Below, piece by piece: positions 15,363 through 39,577 of a DNA stretch of 64,000 nucleotides. This DNA is from the human T2T-CHM13v2.0 reference genome, Homo sapiens. Position 1 is the first letter of the stretch; every line of letters starts with the position of its first letter. The DNA lies in the NCBI RefSeq assembly GCF_009914755.1, contig NC_060925.1, one strand, 5' to 3'. Made by a program: the position numbers and the translations under genes. Below the pieces are notes generated by a model. That model saw only the letters and a program-made list of their open reading frames with translations. It searched no databases and was not told the DNA's origin.

Positions 15363-16872
15363 TTTATTTCCACTTTCCATATTTCCATATATTTCCATAT
15401 ATTACTCTGCTTTTATTTCCATCTTACAATATACCATAGACATCCTTCCAGGTCAATATATAGAGATGTAACAAATTCTTTTTAAACTATCTAATACCCA
15501 TAATATTAGGATCCTTTCCCCCTTATACCTATAATCTTACAATAAACTTTGACTGGTGTCCTTGCCTCCATTTTCTTCCTTTTGAGAATCATATAACATA
15601 AGAATATTAAAAATATAAAATATAAAAATATAAATATAGAAAAGTCAAACAGCAACACATTTCTGATGAAAAAACTGATGCCTCAAGAAATTAACCAAAT
15701 TGCCCAAGAACACTAAATTAGTGGGAGAGTCATTCATTCAACAAATTATTTGTTCAGCATCTAATATGTGGCCCTGGTATTGTGGAGCTTAAATTCCATA
15801 AAGAGACATGTAAAAAATAAGAAAGCAAATAACAATGATAAATACAGAATGTGATTAGTGCCATGAAAAAAAAAAAAACATGGTGAAATAACAGAGTAAT
15901 GGAGAATTCCCTACTTTAGATAGGACGCACATGAAAAGTACCTTGGAGCACATGACATTTGAACTTTTACCTAAATAATATAGGAGATAATAAATTGTAA
16001 GAAGAGGCCAAAAAAAAAAAAAACCAGCAAGAACAAAAAGGGAAATCAGTGTTCCTGGTGTGCAGTGATCAAGTGATCACAGGACGAAGAGCAGCAGGAA
16101 ATGAGGTTGGAAAAGCAGTGAGGGAGCAGATCATACAAGGCCTTGTATGCTATGACAAGGAGCTTGGACTGGCAAATGATTCGAGGATTTTTAAGAAAGG
16201 AGTGATTCAATCAGATTTATATTTTACAAAGATTACTCTGGCCTCTAGATCAAGAAATGATAGAAGGCAGTCAAGAATCCAAGCAGGAAAATCATTGCAG
16301 GAGCAGAGGTAAGCAGCAGCAGTGGATTTGATTAGGGTATTTTTGGCAAGCAAATGGAGAGATGTGGACAGACTTGACAAATACCTGGAAGGGAATTTCA
16401 ATAAGACTTGCTGGTGAAATGGGTGTGGGGCTGAGGAAAAGGGTGGTACCAAGGATGAATACTAAGGATTAATTGGTAAAACTGGTACCTAGGACCATTT
16501 TCTGTGATGGGACTAAATGGAAAATTATCATCAAATGTTCTATTTTGGACAAGTTTAAGATGCTTAGTATTAGTCTTCTATACACAAATGTTAATTAGGT
16601 AAATGGAGACAAATCTGATGCATAGGGGAGAGTTGGAACAGTAATTCAAAAATCATCAGCATATTCATGGTATTTAAAAGATGAAACCAGATGAGCTCAC
16701 TGAGGGAAACTGTGTGGTAGAGAACTCAGGAGGTAGCTTAGGAGCCGCCAACTCATACAGGTTGGTGGAGTGGGGAGCCAAGATAAGTGACCGACAAAGT
16801 GCAGCCAGGGAGGTAGGAGTAAAACAGGAACATGTGGTGTCCTGGAAACCAAGGCATTAAAAAAGGGCATTA

Positions 16873-17170
<298 letters not shown>

Positions 17171-17387
17171 TTAGGAGGGAGGGTGGAGTCAACTGTGTCA
17201 AATGCTAATGACTGATCAAAGAATATGAGTACTAAATATTGACTATTGGATTTGGCACTGTGAAGGTTACTAAAGACTTTAATAAGAAAGATAGGTAGGA
17301 AATAGGTAGAAGGAAGACAACGGAATAAAAACCAACTTGGAATAGGCTGTTTTAGAAGGTCAGAAGTAGAGAAAGTATTAACAGTTC

Positions 17388-23515
<6,128 letters not shown>

Positions 23516-26500
23516 ACAACTTTATTAGAAAAGTTTACCATGAAAGGTGGCAGAGAAGCATGGCAACAGTAAAGAAAGATGTAGAGCCAAGAAATTGTTT
23601 TTTAATTGGGAAATATCAGAGCAGTTTTTATGGTGATGGAAATTACCCAGCAGAGAGGGAGACATTTATGATGCAGAAGAGAGAGAATATAAAAACAGGT
23701 GTTAAATCATCAAAGTCAGCAGAGAGTAAATGCAGAACACAGAAGGACTGAGCAACCAATGTTAAGAGCAGGAACATCTCTTCCGTTGTGTCTTGCAACA
23801 ACAGAGAACACAGGCGTACTGCTAACACAAAAATACGGTGCTCATGTCTCATTCTATTTTCTTAATGAAGTATGAAGTGAGAACATTATCTGTCTGGGAA
23901 GTAAGGAGAGTTTCAGAAGTAGAAATAACACAGAGTTTCAGAGAGTGGGGCAAGCCAATTTACTAGAAAAAGTTACCAGGCAACAGTAAATGCCCATTTC
24001 CAGTTTTTGTTCTGGAATTTAAAGTTAGCTAACTGTAATATATAATATTCTTCTGCAGTCTTGTTTGGCTGTTTGAGTATAAGTGTGAAGAAAGTGAAGA
24101 GTAAGTGGGGGTTTGCTGAGTGCACACAACAGAGGAAGAGACTGCAAAGGGATTGAGAGTATTTGTAAGGCAGTGACTACCATGACTGACCGTAAGGAAT
24201 AGGGTGACACATCATGAGAAAGAAGTAAGGTCAATAGATAAGTGACATGATGAGGTTGAAACATAGTTGACTAAGTGAGTCCACGGTCAGTAGGTAGGGT
24301 TTAGAGATTAGAATGCTAAAAGGTGATATTTGTGAAGTTATGCTACTGTTAGTGATGACAAGATCTGGATTTGAAGCCATTCAAAATTTCTTACTGTATG
24401 CAACAAATTGAGTTTGCCTACCTAAAGCAGAAAAGGCTGAGTAGCAGAAACAACGCAGTCAGGATGCTGACACTGCCACTGTATACTGCTAGGGCCTAGA
24501 CCACAACCATGAATCTCATCCTTTGTCTTTTAGTTGCCCCCTGTAAGAGTCATATGCCCAAGCAGGTGAAACCTATTGTCTGAGCCCAGGTCATGTGCCT
24601 TTCCTTGCTCATTTTACCTAAGGGCAAAGAAAGTAAGGATATCCCTCAATTTGGCTTCCGTTGTAGCAGAAAGGGTTTGTGTCACCCCAAAGCTCACTCA
24701 GATAGCAGATTCCTTAAGACTAGGAAGGGGTCTAGACAGATATTGGCAGTAAATTTTTTTTAAGGTTAAAAAGTAAAAGATAAATGTCCTTTAAAAAAAA
24801 TCATGGGAGTTTGTGAGGGACTAAGCTGAGATCAAGGAGATGACTGAAGATAAGGAGGTCACCATCATGAGGCCAGGCACTGTTTTATGTGCTGGTAAGA
24901 CAAAACTGAACAAAAAGATCAAATCCCTGCACTTTTGGAGTTTACCTTCTCATGGAGATTGAGCCTCTTGGCTCTTTCCAACACCCTATGCTTCTGCTAT
25001 TTCTTCAACTATAATAAGACAATAATATAATTTTAAGGATCTCTCTTGCTTCAACTCTCCTGCTTGCTAATCTCTGTAATTCTTTCAGCACACCTCGAGC
25101 TCTTTTCATTTACAATAATTAATAAAAGGCTTAAGATGCTAAATACTTGCTTGAGGTAAAAATAAGTAAACTTGTCTATTCTAAGTTATATCTAATAAGA
25201 AACAACAGTAGTAAATATACACAGTACTGAGCACTCTCCTACACTATGCTCTTTTCTTTATATACCTTACTTAGCTATCAAAACAAACCTATAACATAGG
25301 CACTATTATTATTTGTATTTTACAGATAAGGTGACTAAGGCACAGAAGGGTTTAAGTAACTCAGGTAGGAGATGGTGGGGCCAGGAAGTCTGGCTCTAGT
25401 AATGACTTGATTATAACAGCCTTTCCTCTTTTATTTTTAAACCAGAGAGGGGATCTGAGAGCAGGTAAACACTAAAGGAAAAACAAGTCGCCAACCTACA
25501 GAAAGGGACAGACTAGTCTGAAAGTGCCCAAATGGAAGCTATGAGTATGTGTACAATGCTTAGCAGGGATAATATTGCTAAGAATTAACACTGCTTTGCT
25601 TGTTTTATAGTTTGGAGGAGACTTTGTTTGTTTTCAATACCAGCATCTAAAAGAAGAAAAGAATAACAAGAAAGTTCTGGAGTAAAGTCCCTAAATGAGG
25701 AGAAGATAGGAGTACTGACAGTATCAGTTTGGAGCAGAATATAATAACTTTGGACCTTCCAGATAACCTGAACAAGGTAAACAACACCCCTTAGCAACAC
25801 AACTTAGCAAGGCTTCTTCAGCTTCCTGGTTCAGGTTAGGAGATTTGGGAGTTGTCCTAGTAATCAGAGTATAGTTGAGGACCATTACTGTCCACAAGAA
25901 AAGTAATTTTCATGGGTAGGATTTGGCAACTCTTCTTGCCATCCCATCCCTGTGTAAGAGACAAAATAGCAATTCCCTACAATTTTACCTACTGCAGAAG
26001 CTATAAATGAATTCCTAAGTACATCCTGCAAAGAACTAAACCAAAGCCTGTTTTATCACAGCGTAGATGGCTTCCAGCTACCTTAAATGCAGCCATATGC
26101 TCCCTGATATTATAAGTCCTATTATGCAAGCCTCCTCCCCAATCTCAGAGGAGACTAGAAGACATGCCACTGCTGTTGCTTCCCATCCACATTTTAAAAT
26201 AACAGAATAAAAGAAAAATCAGCTTCAATTGGCTCCAGTTGGTGTGAATAATGAGATGTGGTTGTCAGATTTCTGGAAAGCTGCCAGTATGGTCATTAAC
26301 TAGCCAGATACTAGGCCCACTTACAAACACTTAATACAATTTTAAAAAATGTCAATATTAATGACATTTTAAATTTGGGACTTGGGGATGGGATGAAACA
26401 ATCTATGAATTAGAATCCTTCTTGCAGTAAGTGCTGTCTATAAGAAAGGGGATAGACTAGGATAAAGGGCGATGGAGCTTCCTCAGTTGTGGCAATCGAG

Positions 26501-27592
26501 CTTTGCCCAATTAAAATATGGTCTTTTTTTGAAGTCTATGATGGAAGCATCCTAGCTTTGACAAGTTGGCAGTAACCCTTGTGATCTATTTTGCTGGGAT
26601 ATATATTGTCACTGAAAAAATAAAACATATTACAAAACTGGAGAGCAAACCCTGCCTGTGATCATTAGACAGACTGGACCAAGTGCCTCAAGCCTTTGAT
26701 GCCCTGACATGTTATTTTCTGGATAGTGTCCAGCAACCCAATGTAGCATAGCTTTTTCTCTACTGTATCCAGATGGCAAATGGAAGAGATCAAATTCAAC
26801 AGTTTCAGGGCTAACCTTAATGGATGTGAAGGCTGGCTCCCCTATGAGCTTTTCAGGGATATACAATACAAAAAGGCCTTTGAACAAAGAGACAAATAAT
26901 TAGTTTTCTCTCTCTTTCTTTCTCTCTTCAAAACTAAACCATGAATGTGGTAATCTGGTTCAAATCGATCTTCTGGTTGAAAAGGACAGCCAAATATCTG
27001 ATGAGTTCTAATCACTGACACCCATGACACTTTCTGTGAAGTTCAGATGGGTGTTACTGTTAATATTCTGGAAAGCTTTTTTCTCTCCCTTCAGGCAAAT
27101 ATTTTTACTCTTCCACTATTTCCTTCAAAACATTAACCAAGTGTGTGTGTGTGTTCCCAAATGTTTAGGCAGCATTGTCTTATAGAAAGACTCTCACACC
27201 CTCACTAAAGGCTGATTTCAGAATTGACTAGCATAAGCATTATGCGTTTGCGCTATTGTGTAAGCATACACTAGACCTTCACTCTAAGTACATTTGTATA
27301 GTAAGGAATATGATATAAAGTCTGCTTCACTCTCCCAGACTTTACTTATTGAAGATTTGACTTTCTATCATACCAGAAATACCTAATTATTCACATAAAA
27401 GTCCTGTGGTATACAGCATAAGACCAGCTTTGTAGTTAGTAAGTGGAGTAAGTATAGTTAGTAAGTGGAGGAGGCAACAATGAGGAGGAGGGCTCAGCAT
27501 TTGAAAGAAATAAATACGTTTACCTTCCGGGTTCTTCCGTAAAACAAAGATAAGTCAACTTAAAGTAGGAGTTGTTAGGGAGAAAAAAAGAA

Positions 27593-30500
27593 TGGCAGGT
27601 AAGAGACAGGACTAATGTGCAGCTCCCACTTAGAAAGAACAGAACAGTGTCTGGAGACTCACATTGTGAACTTTGGCTCCAAGAACCATCGCAGGAATAT
27701 ACCAGGAAAACTGAAAAAATTCACAGACCCTTTGAAAGAAGTGGCTTTCTGCTGCAAATGCCACAAGATAGCCAAAAAACTGTGAGTTCCCAAAGTGTGA
27801 AAGGGGGAAAAAGCCTCTGAGCACACATCCTCACTGGGGAACCTAAAAATCCAGATCACGGGAGGATTTAACCATACTTAGAGCTGAAATGGATTTAGGG
27901 AGCTAAGTGAAATATAAAAGTACAAGTAGCAGAAAGAGCCCTGTAAGCATTCCCAGTCCTCAGCTCAAGCCCCAGGGAAGCCATTCCTCGCGTTATCTCA
28001 CAGATGTCCTTGGAGAAGGAAATGCAGCCAGTGGAACTGGGGAGAGGCCACAGGCTAAGGGAAGCTCCTAGCTGAACTCTGTAATAATTTCAACCGAGCA
28101 CGAACTTCCCCGAGTAGAATCCAGGGCAGAGGAGTAGAGAGGAATGAACAGGAAGTGCAGATACAAACACAGAAGTCACAGCCAAAGGTTCAGGCAGGCA
28201 GGGAGGTAAGAACTGAGAGCCCTGCTTGCTTTCTCAGCTGGGAGGCTTTTAGGCTAAGGCAAGATCTCAGCCCTGCTCTCCTGCTGCCTGGATATAAACT
28301 CAGTGCAGTTAGGGAGGCACGGTGAAGGTGAGAATGGCCTTGCTGGCTGCATGGGAGTGGAGTGAGGCATGTCACTGCCAGCTTTCCCCCACTTGTCTGG
28401 TGACTTGTATGATACAGCAGAGGCAGCCATAATCTCCCTGGGAACATAACTCGATGGGCCTGAGAACCACCCCTCCATCCCCCATAGTGGCTGCAGCAAG
28501 CCCCACCTAAGGAGAGTCTGAGCTCAGACTTGCCTAACCCTGCACCCACCTGATGGTTTGTCTCTATCGGCCCTGGTAGCCAAAGACAAAAGACATAATC
28601 TCTTGGGAGCTCCATGGCCCTGCCCATCACCTGAGAAACCTGAGTACTCATCCTGGCCAATGTAGGGCAAGACTATATCCCCCTTCTACTATTGCAGCTG
28701 GCACTCTGTGCCACCTCTGGCTGGAGGCCAACCAATTCAACTAATAGCAGAACAACCCTGCTCCAAAGAAAGAGAAGACAACAGCTAATTCCACCCTGGC
28801 TAACCAGAGGTCCTGAGTCTGTTCACGTGACAACTTCACTGTGAGCATAACCAGTACTGAAGAAAACTGGTGCACTAAACGAAACTACAACCGAGGACTT
28901 CCAGAGAGTCCACTTCACTCCCCTGCCACCTCTACCAGAGCAGGTGCTGGTATCCACAGCTGGGAGAACTGAAGATGGGTCACATCACAGGACTCTTTAC
29001 AGCACTAGCCTGGATCCTGGTAGCCCCACTGGGTAGCTAGACCCAGAAAAGCAATAACAATAACTGCAGTCTGGCTCTCAGGAAGCCCTATCCCTAGAGA
29101 AACGGGGACAGCATCACATCAATGGACCACCCTGTGGGACCAAAGAACCTGAACAGCAGCCCTTGAGTTCCATATCTTTCCACTGAAACAGTCTACCCAA
29201 ATGAGAAGGAACCAGAAAAGTAATTCTAGTAATGTGACAAAACAAGGTTCTATAACACCCACAAAAGATCACAGTAGCTCTTCAGCAATGGCTCTAAACC
29301 AAGTAGAAATCTCTGAATTGCCAGAAAAATAATTCAGAAGGTTGATTATTAAGCTAAGCAAAGAGGCACCAGAAAAAGGTGAAAACCAACTTAAATAAAT
29401 TTAAAAAAATACAGGATATGGATGAAAAAGTTCCCAGTTAAATAGATATGGTAAAGAAAAGACTATCACAACTTCTGGAAATAAAAGACACATTTAGAGA
29501 AAAGCAAAACACACTGAAAAGTATTAATAATAGAATTGAACAAGCAGAAGAAAAAACTTCAGAGCTCAAAGACAAAACTTTTGAATTAACCCAATCCAAC
29601 AAAGACAAAGAAAAAAGAATTTTAAAAATGAACAAAGCCTCTAAGAAATGTGGGATTATGTTAAATGACCAAACCTAAGAGTAATTGGTGTTCTTGAGGA
29701 AGAAGAGCAATCTAAAAGTTATGCAAACTTATTTGAGGGAATAATCAAGTAAAACTTCCCTGGTCTTGCTAGAGATCTAGATATCCATATTTAAGAAACT
29801 CAAAGAACATCTGGGAAATTCATCACAAAAACATAATCACCTAGGCACATAGTCATCAGTTTATCTAAAGTCAAGATGAAGGAAAACATCTTAAGAGCTG
29901 TGAAGCAAAAGCATCAGGTAACTTATAAAGGAAAACCTATCAGATTAACAGCAGATTTCTCAGCAGAAACCCTGCAAGCCAGAAGGGATTGGGGTCCTAT
30001 TTTTAGCCTCCTTAAACAAAATAATTATCAGCCAAGAATTTTACATCCAGCAAAACTAAGTTTCAGAAATGAAGGAGAGATAAAGCCATTTTCAGACAAA
30101 CAACTGCTGAAAGAATTCACCAATACCAAGCCAGCACTACAAGAACTGCTAAAAGGAGTCATAAATCTTGAAACAAAACCCCAAAATAGAACCTCCTTAA
30201 AGCATAAACATCACATGGCCTATAAAAAAGTAACACAATTTTTAAAAACCCAAGGTATTCAGGCAACAACTAGCATGATGAATAAAACAGTACCTCACAT
30301 CTCAATACTAATGTTGAATGTAAATGGCCTAAATGCTCCACTTAAAAGATACAGAATGGGAGGATGGATAAGAATTCACCAACCAAGTATCTAGTGTCTT
30401 CAAGAGACTCACCTAACACGTAAAGACTCACATAAAGTAAAGGAGTGGAAAAAAGATATTCCATGCAAATGGACACCAAAAGTGAGCAGGGGTAGCTATT

Positions 30501-33500
30501 ATATCAGACAAAACATACCTTAAAGTAACAACAGTTAAAAAAGACAAACAGAGACATTATATAATAAAAGGATTAGTCCAACAGGAAAATATCACAATCC
30601 TAAATATATATGCACCTAACACTGGAGCTCCCAAATTTATAGAACAATTATTACTACACCTAAGAAATGAGATAGACACAATAATAGTGGGGAACTTCAA
30701 TATTCCACTGACAGCACTAGACAGGTCATCAAGACAGGAAGTCAACAATGAAAAAATGGACTTAAACTATACTTTAAAACAAACTGACTTAACAGATATT
30801 TATAGAACATTCTACCCAACAACTGCAGAATATACATTTTTTCATCAGCACATGGAACATCCTCCAAGATAGACCATATGATAGACCACAAAACACATCT
30901 CAATAAATTTAAGAGAATTGAAATTATATCAAGTACTCTCTCAGACCACAGTGGAATAATACTGGAAATTAACTCCAAAAGGAACCCTCAAAACTATACA
31001 AATACATGCAAATCAAATAATCTGTTACTGAATGATCCTTAGGTCAACAATGAAATAAAGATGGAAATTAAAAAATTATTTGAACTGTGAATGATAATAG
31101 CAGCACAACCAATCAAAACCTCTGGAATATAGCAAAAGCAGTGCTAAGAGAAAAGTTCACAGTAATAAATGCCTGCATCAAAAAGTCTGAAAGAACACAA
31201 ATAGACAATCTAAGGTCACATTTCAAGGAACTAGAGAAAGAAGAACAAACCAAACCCAAACCCAGCAGAAGAAAAATAACAAAGATCAGAGCAGAACTAA
31301 ATGAAATTGAAACAAACAAAAATACAAACGATAAATGAAACAAAAAGCTGGTTCTTTGAAAAGATAAACAAAATCGATACACATTAGTGAGATTAACCAA
31401 GAAGAAAGAAGATCCAAATAAGCTCAATTAGAAATGAAATGGGAGATATTACAACTGACACCACAGAAATACAAAAGACAATTCAAGACTACTATGAACA
31501 CCTTTATGTGCATAAACTAGAAAACCTAGAGGAGATGGATAAATTCCTGGAAATATACAAACTTCCTAGATTAAACCAGGAAGAAACAAAAACTCTTAAA
31601 AAAAAATAACAAGTAATGAGATTGAAACAGTAATAAAAAACATTGCCAACAAAAAAAGGTGCAGGACCAGATGGATTCACAGCCGAATTCTATCAGACAT
31701 TCAAAGAAGAATTAGTACCAATCCTACTGAAACTATTGCAAAAGATAAAGATGGAATCCTCCCTAAATCATTCTATGAAAACATCATTACCCTAATACCA
31801 AAACCAGGAAAGGACATAACAAAAAAAGAAAACTACAGACCAATATCCCTGATGAACATAGATGCAAAAATCTTCTATAGCTAACTGAATTCAACACAAT
31901 ATCAAAAAGATAATCGACCATGATCAAGTGGGTTTCATACCAGGGATGCAGGGTTGGTTTAACATACACAAGTAAATAAACGTAATGATATACCACACAA
32001 ACAGAAATGAAAACAAAAATCATACGATCATCTCAACAGATGCAGAAAAAGCATTTGACAAAATCTAACATTCCTTTATGATTAAAACCCTTAGGAAAAT
32101 TAGCATAGAAGGGATATATCTTATGGTAATAAAAGCCATCTATGACAAACCCACAGGCAACATTATACTGCATGGGGAAAGGTTGAAAGCATTTCCTCTG
32201 AGAACTGGAATAAGACAAGGATACCCACTTTCACCAATTCTATTCAACATAATACTGGAAGCCCTGGCCAGAGCAATCAGACAAGAGAAAGAAATAAAGG
32301 GCATCCAAATTGGTAATGAGGAAGTCAAACTGTTGCTCTTTGGCAATGATATGATCACATACCTAGAAAACCCAAAGATTCATCCAAAAAGGTCCTAGAT
32401 CTAATAAATGAATTCTGTAAAGTTTCAGATACAAAATCAATGTACATAAATCAGTAGCACTGCTATACACCAATAGCAATCAAGCTGAGAATCAAATCAA
32501 GAACTCAACCCCTTTTACAACAGCTGCAATAAAATAAAATGCTTAGGAATATACCTAACCAAAGAGGTGAAAGAGCTCTACAAGGAAAACGTTGAAATAC
32601 TGCTGAAGGAAATCATAGATGACACAAACAAATGGAAACACATCCCATGTTCATGAATGGGTAGAATCAATATTGTAAAAATGACCATACTGCCAAAAGC
32701 AATCTATAAATTCAATGCAATTCCCATCAAAATACCACCAACACTCTTCACAGAACTAGAAAAAACAATCCTAAAATTCATATGTAAGAAAAAAAAAGCC
32801 CACATAGCCAAAGCAAGACTAGGCAAAAAGAACAAATCTGGAGGCATCACACTACCCAGCTTCAAACTATACTACAAGGTTATAATTACCAAAACAGCAC
32901 AGTACTAGTATAAAAACAGGCACGTAGTACAATGGAAAGGAATAGAGAACCCAGAAATAAAGCTTAATACTTACAGCCAACTGATCTTCAAGAAAGCAAA
33001 CAAAATCATAAAGTGAGGAAAGGACACCCTATTCAACAAATGATGCTGGGATAATTGGCAAGCCACATATAGAATAACGAAACTGGATCCTCATCTCTCA
33101 CCTTATACAAAAATCAACTCAAGATTGATCAAAGACTTAAATCTGAGACCTCAAACCTAAAAATTCTAGGAGATAACATCAGAAAAATTCTCCTAGATAC
33201 TGGCCTAGGCAAAGAATTCATGAGCAAGTGCCCAAAAGCAAATGCAATGAAAACCAAGACAAATAGATGGGACTTAATTAAACTAAAAAGTGCCTGCACA
33301 GCAAAAACAATAATCAGCAGAGTAAACAGACAACTCACAGTATGGAAGAAAATCTTCAGAATCTATATACCTGACAAAGGACTAATATCCAGAATCTACA
33401 AAGAACTCAAACAAATCAGCAAGAAAAAAGCAATCAATCCCATCAAAAAGTGGGCTAAGGACATGAATAGACAATTCTCAAAAGAAGATATACAAACGGC

Positions 33501-34135
33501 CAACAAGCACATGGAAAAATGCTCAATATTACTAATTATCAGCTAAATGCAAATCAAAACCACAATGTGATACCACCTTACTCCTGCAAGAATGGCCATA
33601 ATTTAAAAATCAAAAAGTAATAGATGTTGGCATGGATGTGGTGAGAAGGAACAGTTTTACACTGCTGGTAGGAATGTAAACTAGTACAACCACTATGGAA
33701 AACACTATGAAGATTCCTTAAAGAATTAAAAGGAGAATGACCATTCGATCCAGCAATCCCACTACTGGGTATTTGCCCAGAGGAAAATAAGTCATTATAT
33801 GAAAAAGATATGTAGACACACATGTTTATAGCAGCACAATTCACAATTGCAAAAATATGGAACCAGCCTAAATGCCCATCAACCAAGTGGGTAAAGAAAG
33901 TGTGGCATATATACCATGGAATACTACTCAGCCATAAAAGGGAATTAAATAATGGCATTCACAGCAACCTGGATGAAGTTGGAGACCACTATTCTATGTG
34001 AAGTAACTTATGAATGGGAAAATCAAACATAGTATGTTCTCACAAGTGGGAACTAAGCAACGAAGACACAATGGCATAAGAATGATAGAATGGACTCTGG
34101 GGACTTGGGGAAATGGGTGTGAGGCGGGTGATGGA
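27593..34135 (+). mobile_element. Near-full-length LINE-1, L1PB-like, inactive
   Basis: 5'UTR from ~27593. ORF1 remnants 29448-30394 (KHQVTYKGKPIRLTADFSAETLQARRDW). ORF2 endonuclease and RT remnants 30300-33990 ([39 protein letters not shown]). L1PB-type 3'UTR start. Many stops and frameshifts. Confidence 0.93.
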
Positions 34136-34200
34136 GAAAAAAAAGAAAAGTAAGAGAAATTGAGAAGAAAAAATCAGCTCTCTGAGGATAGGAAAAAAAT

Positions 34201-34350
34201 GTAGGAGTTCTTAACTTGGGTTTATTAACTTGTGAAACTGTATACAGTTTTGAGAATGCATATACGCATTTTTCAAGATAGAAGATCCACATTTTAATCA
34301 AAGGAAATAGTGACCACACCCTTCCTCATCAAAAAGTGTTAAGAACTCTG
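34201..34350 (+). mobile_element. hAT-Charlie MITE (Charlie4z-like)
   Basis: Terminal inverted repeats gagttcttaac ... gttaagaactc, and internal gcatatacgcatttttc...tcaaagg...tgacc resembling Charlie4z. Confidence 0.65.
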
Positions 34351-34830
34351 AGGACAAGACTTAATACACTTATAGAAACAAAGTTAGGCACATTAACATA
34401 TCTAAAGAAAGAATATGTTCCCTTGAAGGGTGGAAACTTTAAAAAAGAAGCTCTACTGGGAAAACTTTGGCCTTGTGTTTTAAAGAACTGCCCAAGTCAA
34501 TTGGCACTATGGCACAGGCCAGCAATGTGTTGCCCAAGGAACACGTGTGTCCCATACTGGAGATGGATCTTTGGGTAATGATAGCTTGATTACCCTAGCC
34601 AATGAGGTGCTTTAATGAACTCCCTTTGCTCTGATTCCATACCCATCAAGCTATCTTACTTAATAATTTGGCTTCCCAATTAAATCTGCCTGCAAGTAGA
34701 GACTATGTTAATCAGTGAAGAAAAGTAGTTGATACTCCTTATCATTCCATGTACATATAAGATATGTGTGTGTCAGGGAGGGGAGGGTGTTTTTGACTGT
34801 GTGCAAGAGCATGCACTTGTGTGCATGCAA

Positions 34831-34852
34831 ACACACACACACACACACACAC
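34831..34852 (+). repeat. (AC)11 microsatellite
   Basis: Seen directly. Confidence 0.95.
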
Positions 34853-34864
34853 GTTAATGTTAGT

Positions 34865-36756
<1,892 letters not shown>

Positions 36757-37609
36757 ACTATAAAATACTCACAACCTTATTACTCTCATGAATTAGAGAT
36801 GAGGACAGAATTCACCAGGTGACATATTCAAATAATCCTCCACTGAACAGGGTCTTTTAATCATTCAGGAGACAATGGGTCCAAAAAATTTTACATGACT
36901 ACATAAATGAGAGGAGAGTAGATATTTACACTTATTCAGGCCTCTGTTATTATCTTTCCACCTCTTGAATACTCTTCTAAACTGATTAAAGGATTAGGAA
37001 GCTGGCTGTCTCTCTGAGTCAAATTCTGTTCTCCAAGAGAGTTCAATTATCAGGTAGACTACCCATCCAATACACTAGCATTCAATACATTTGTTGGATC
37101 TCCTCAACCTCAATCCTTTATTCTCATGTTATACCCTGGGCCTTGCCATCACACAGAATTTCTCCATTTTTGAAATCATAAATGTCAATATTCTACTCAG
37201 TCTGCAACCTTCTACCTTTTAACTCTTTCATCCTTTAATTCCCACTGTATCTTCAAGCTTATTTAGAAATTACAGACTTTGATTTTTCCATTTTTTGCTG
37301 ATACAGCACTCCCTACCTGTCTTCTCTTCTTCCCTACCCAGCCTGGCCCCATGGTCATCACTTGGACTATGTTCTCCCGAGCAACCTCAACTCCCCTTGC
37401 CATAGTGTCCCAATAGCCAAGACAAAAACTCCAATCCTGGATCAAGGCTAAAGAACTCATTCTTCACTTATACCCCTTAATAGCTGAGCAGTTTTGAAAA
37501 AAAAAAAAAAAATCTCAAAATAATGCAGAATTTTGTTTCAAATCTAATTTACAATTTCTAATTTCAATTAAGCTCTCAACCCTGCTTATAAAACCCTTTT
37601 TAAAAACTT

Positions 37610-38680
<1,071 letters not shown>

Positions 38681-39287
38681 TTATCTCGATGTTCTTATCG
38701 ATGTTATAAATGAAAATGAGGTACAGAGAGGCTCAGTAACTTGCTCAAGGATACCCATTTATTGAGTGGAAGAACTTTGGTTTGAATGCAAGGAGACTAA
38801 TTGCAGAACCCATATACAAACCCACTAACCTATACCATCTCCTCAGGTCTAAAGCCATCTGAGAGAATGATGCTCAACAGGGTTTGGAGCTCCTCGATTT
38901 CCCACACTATTCTCAGCAAACTTACCTAGACCCACACCTACCTCTACCTTTCTCTCACTCTCCTAGTGTTCAATCATTTGCTCTGGACTACATTTTTTCC
39001 CATTTCTTTCCATCTCTTTCCTGTATTGTCAATCTCTCTATCTTTACTTGCTCTAATGGTCATGTTCAAGTTTCTTTCATCCCAAAAGACCTTACCTTCA
39101 AGAAAATTTTGGTAAGGCCATTCTTTATAGCTCCCTTTACATGCTCACTCCCTTCTCAATTGGGATCGTCAAAAGAGCAAAACTCATTTTCTCACCTCTT
39201 CTCTCATTGTAACTAACCTTCTGCACTAATAACTCTTCTAAAGCTTTTGTTGCTAATGTCTTTAGTGATAATACCAACTGTAAATTC

Positions 39288-39577
<290 letters not shown>

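Noticed and set aside
29448-33958. Cluster of RT/endonuclease-like ORFs as a novel retro-system
   Set aside because: Frameshifted fragments of ordinary L1 ORF1/ORF2.
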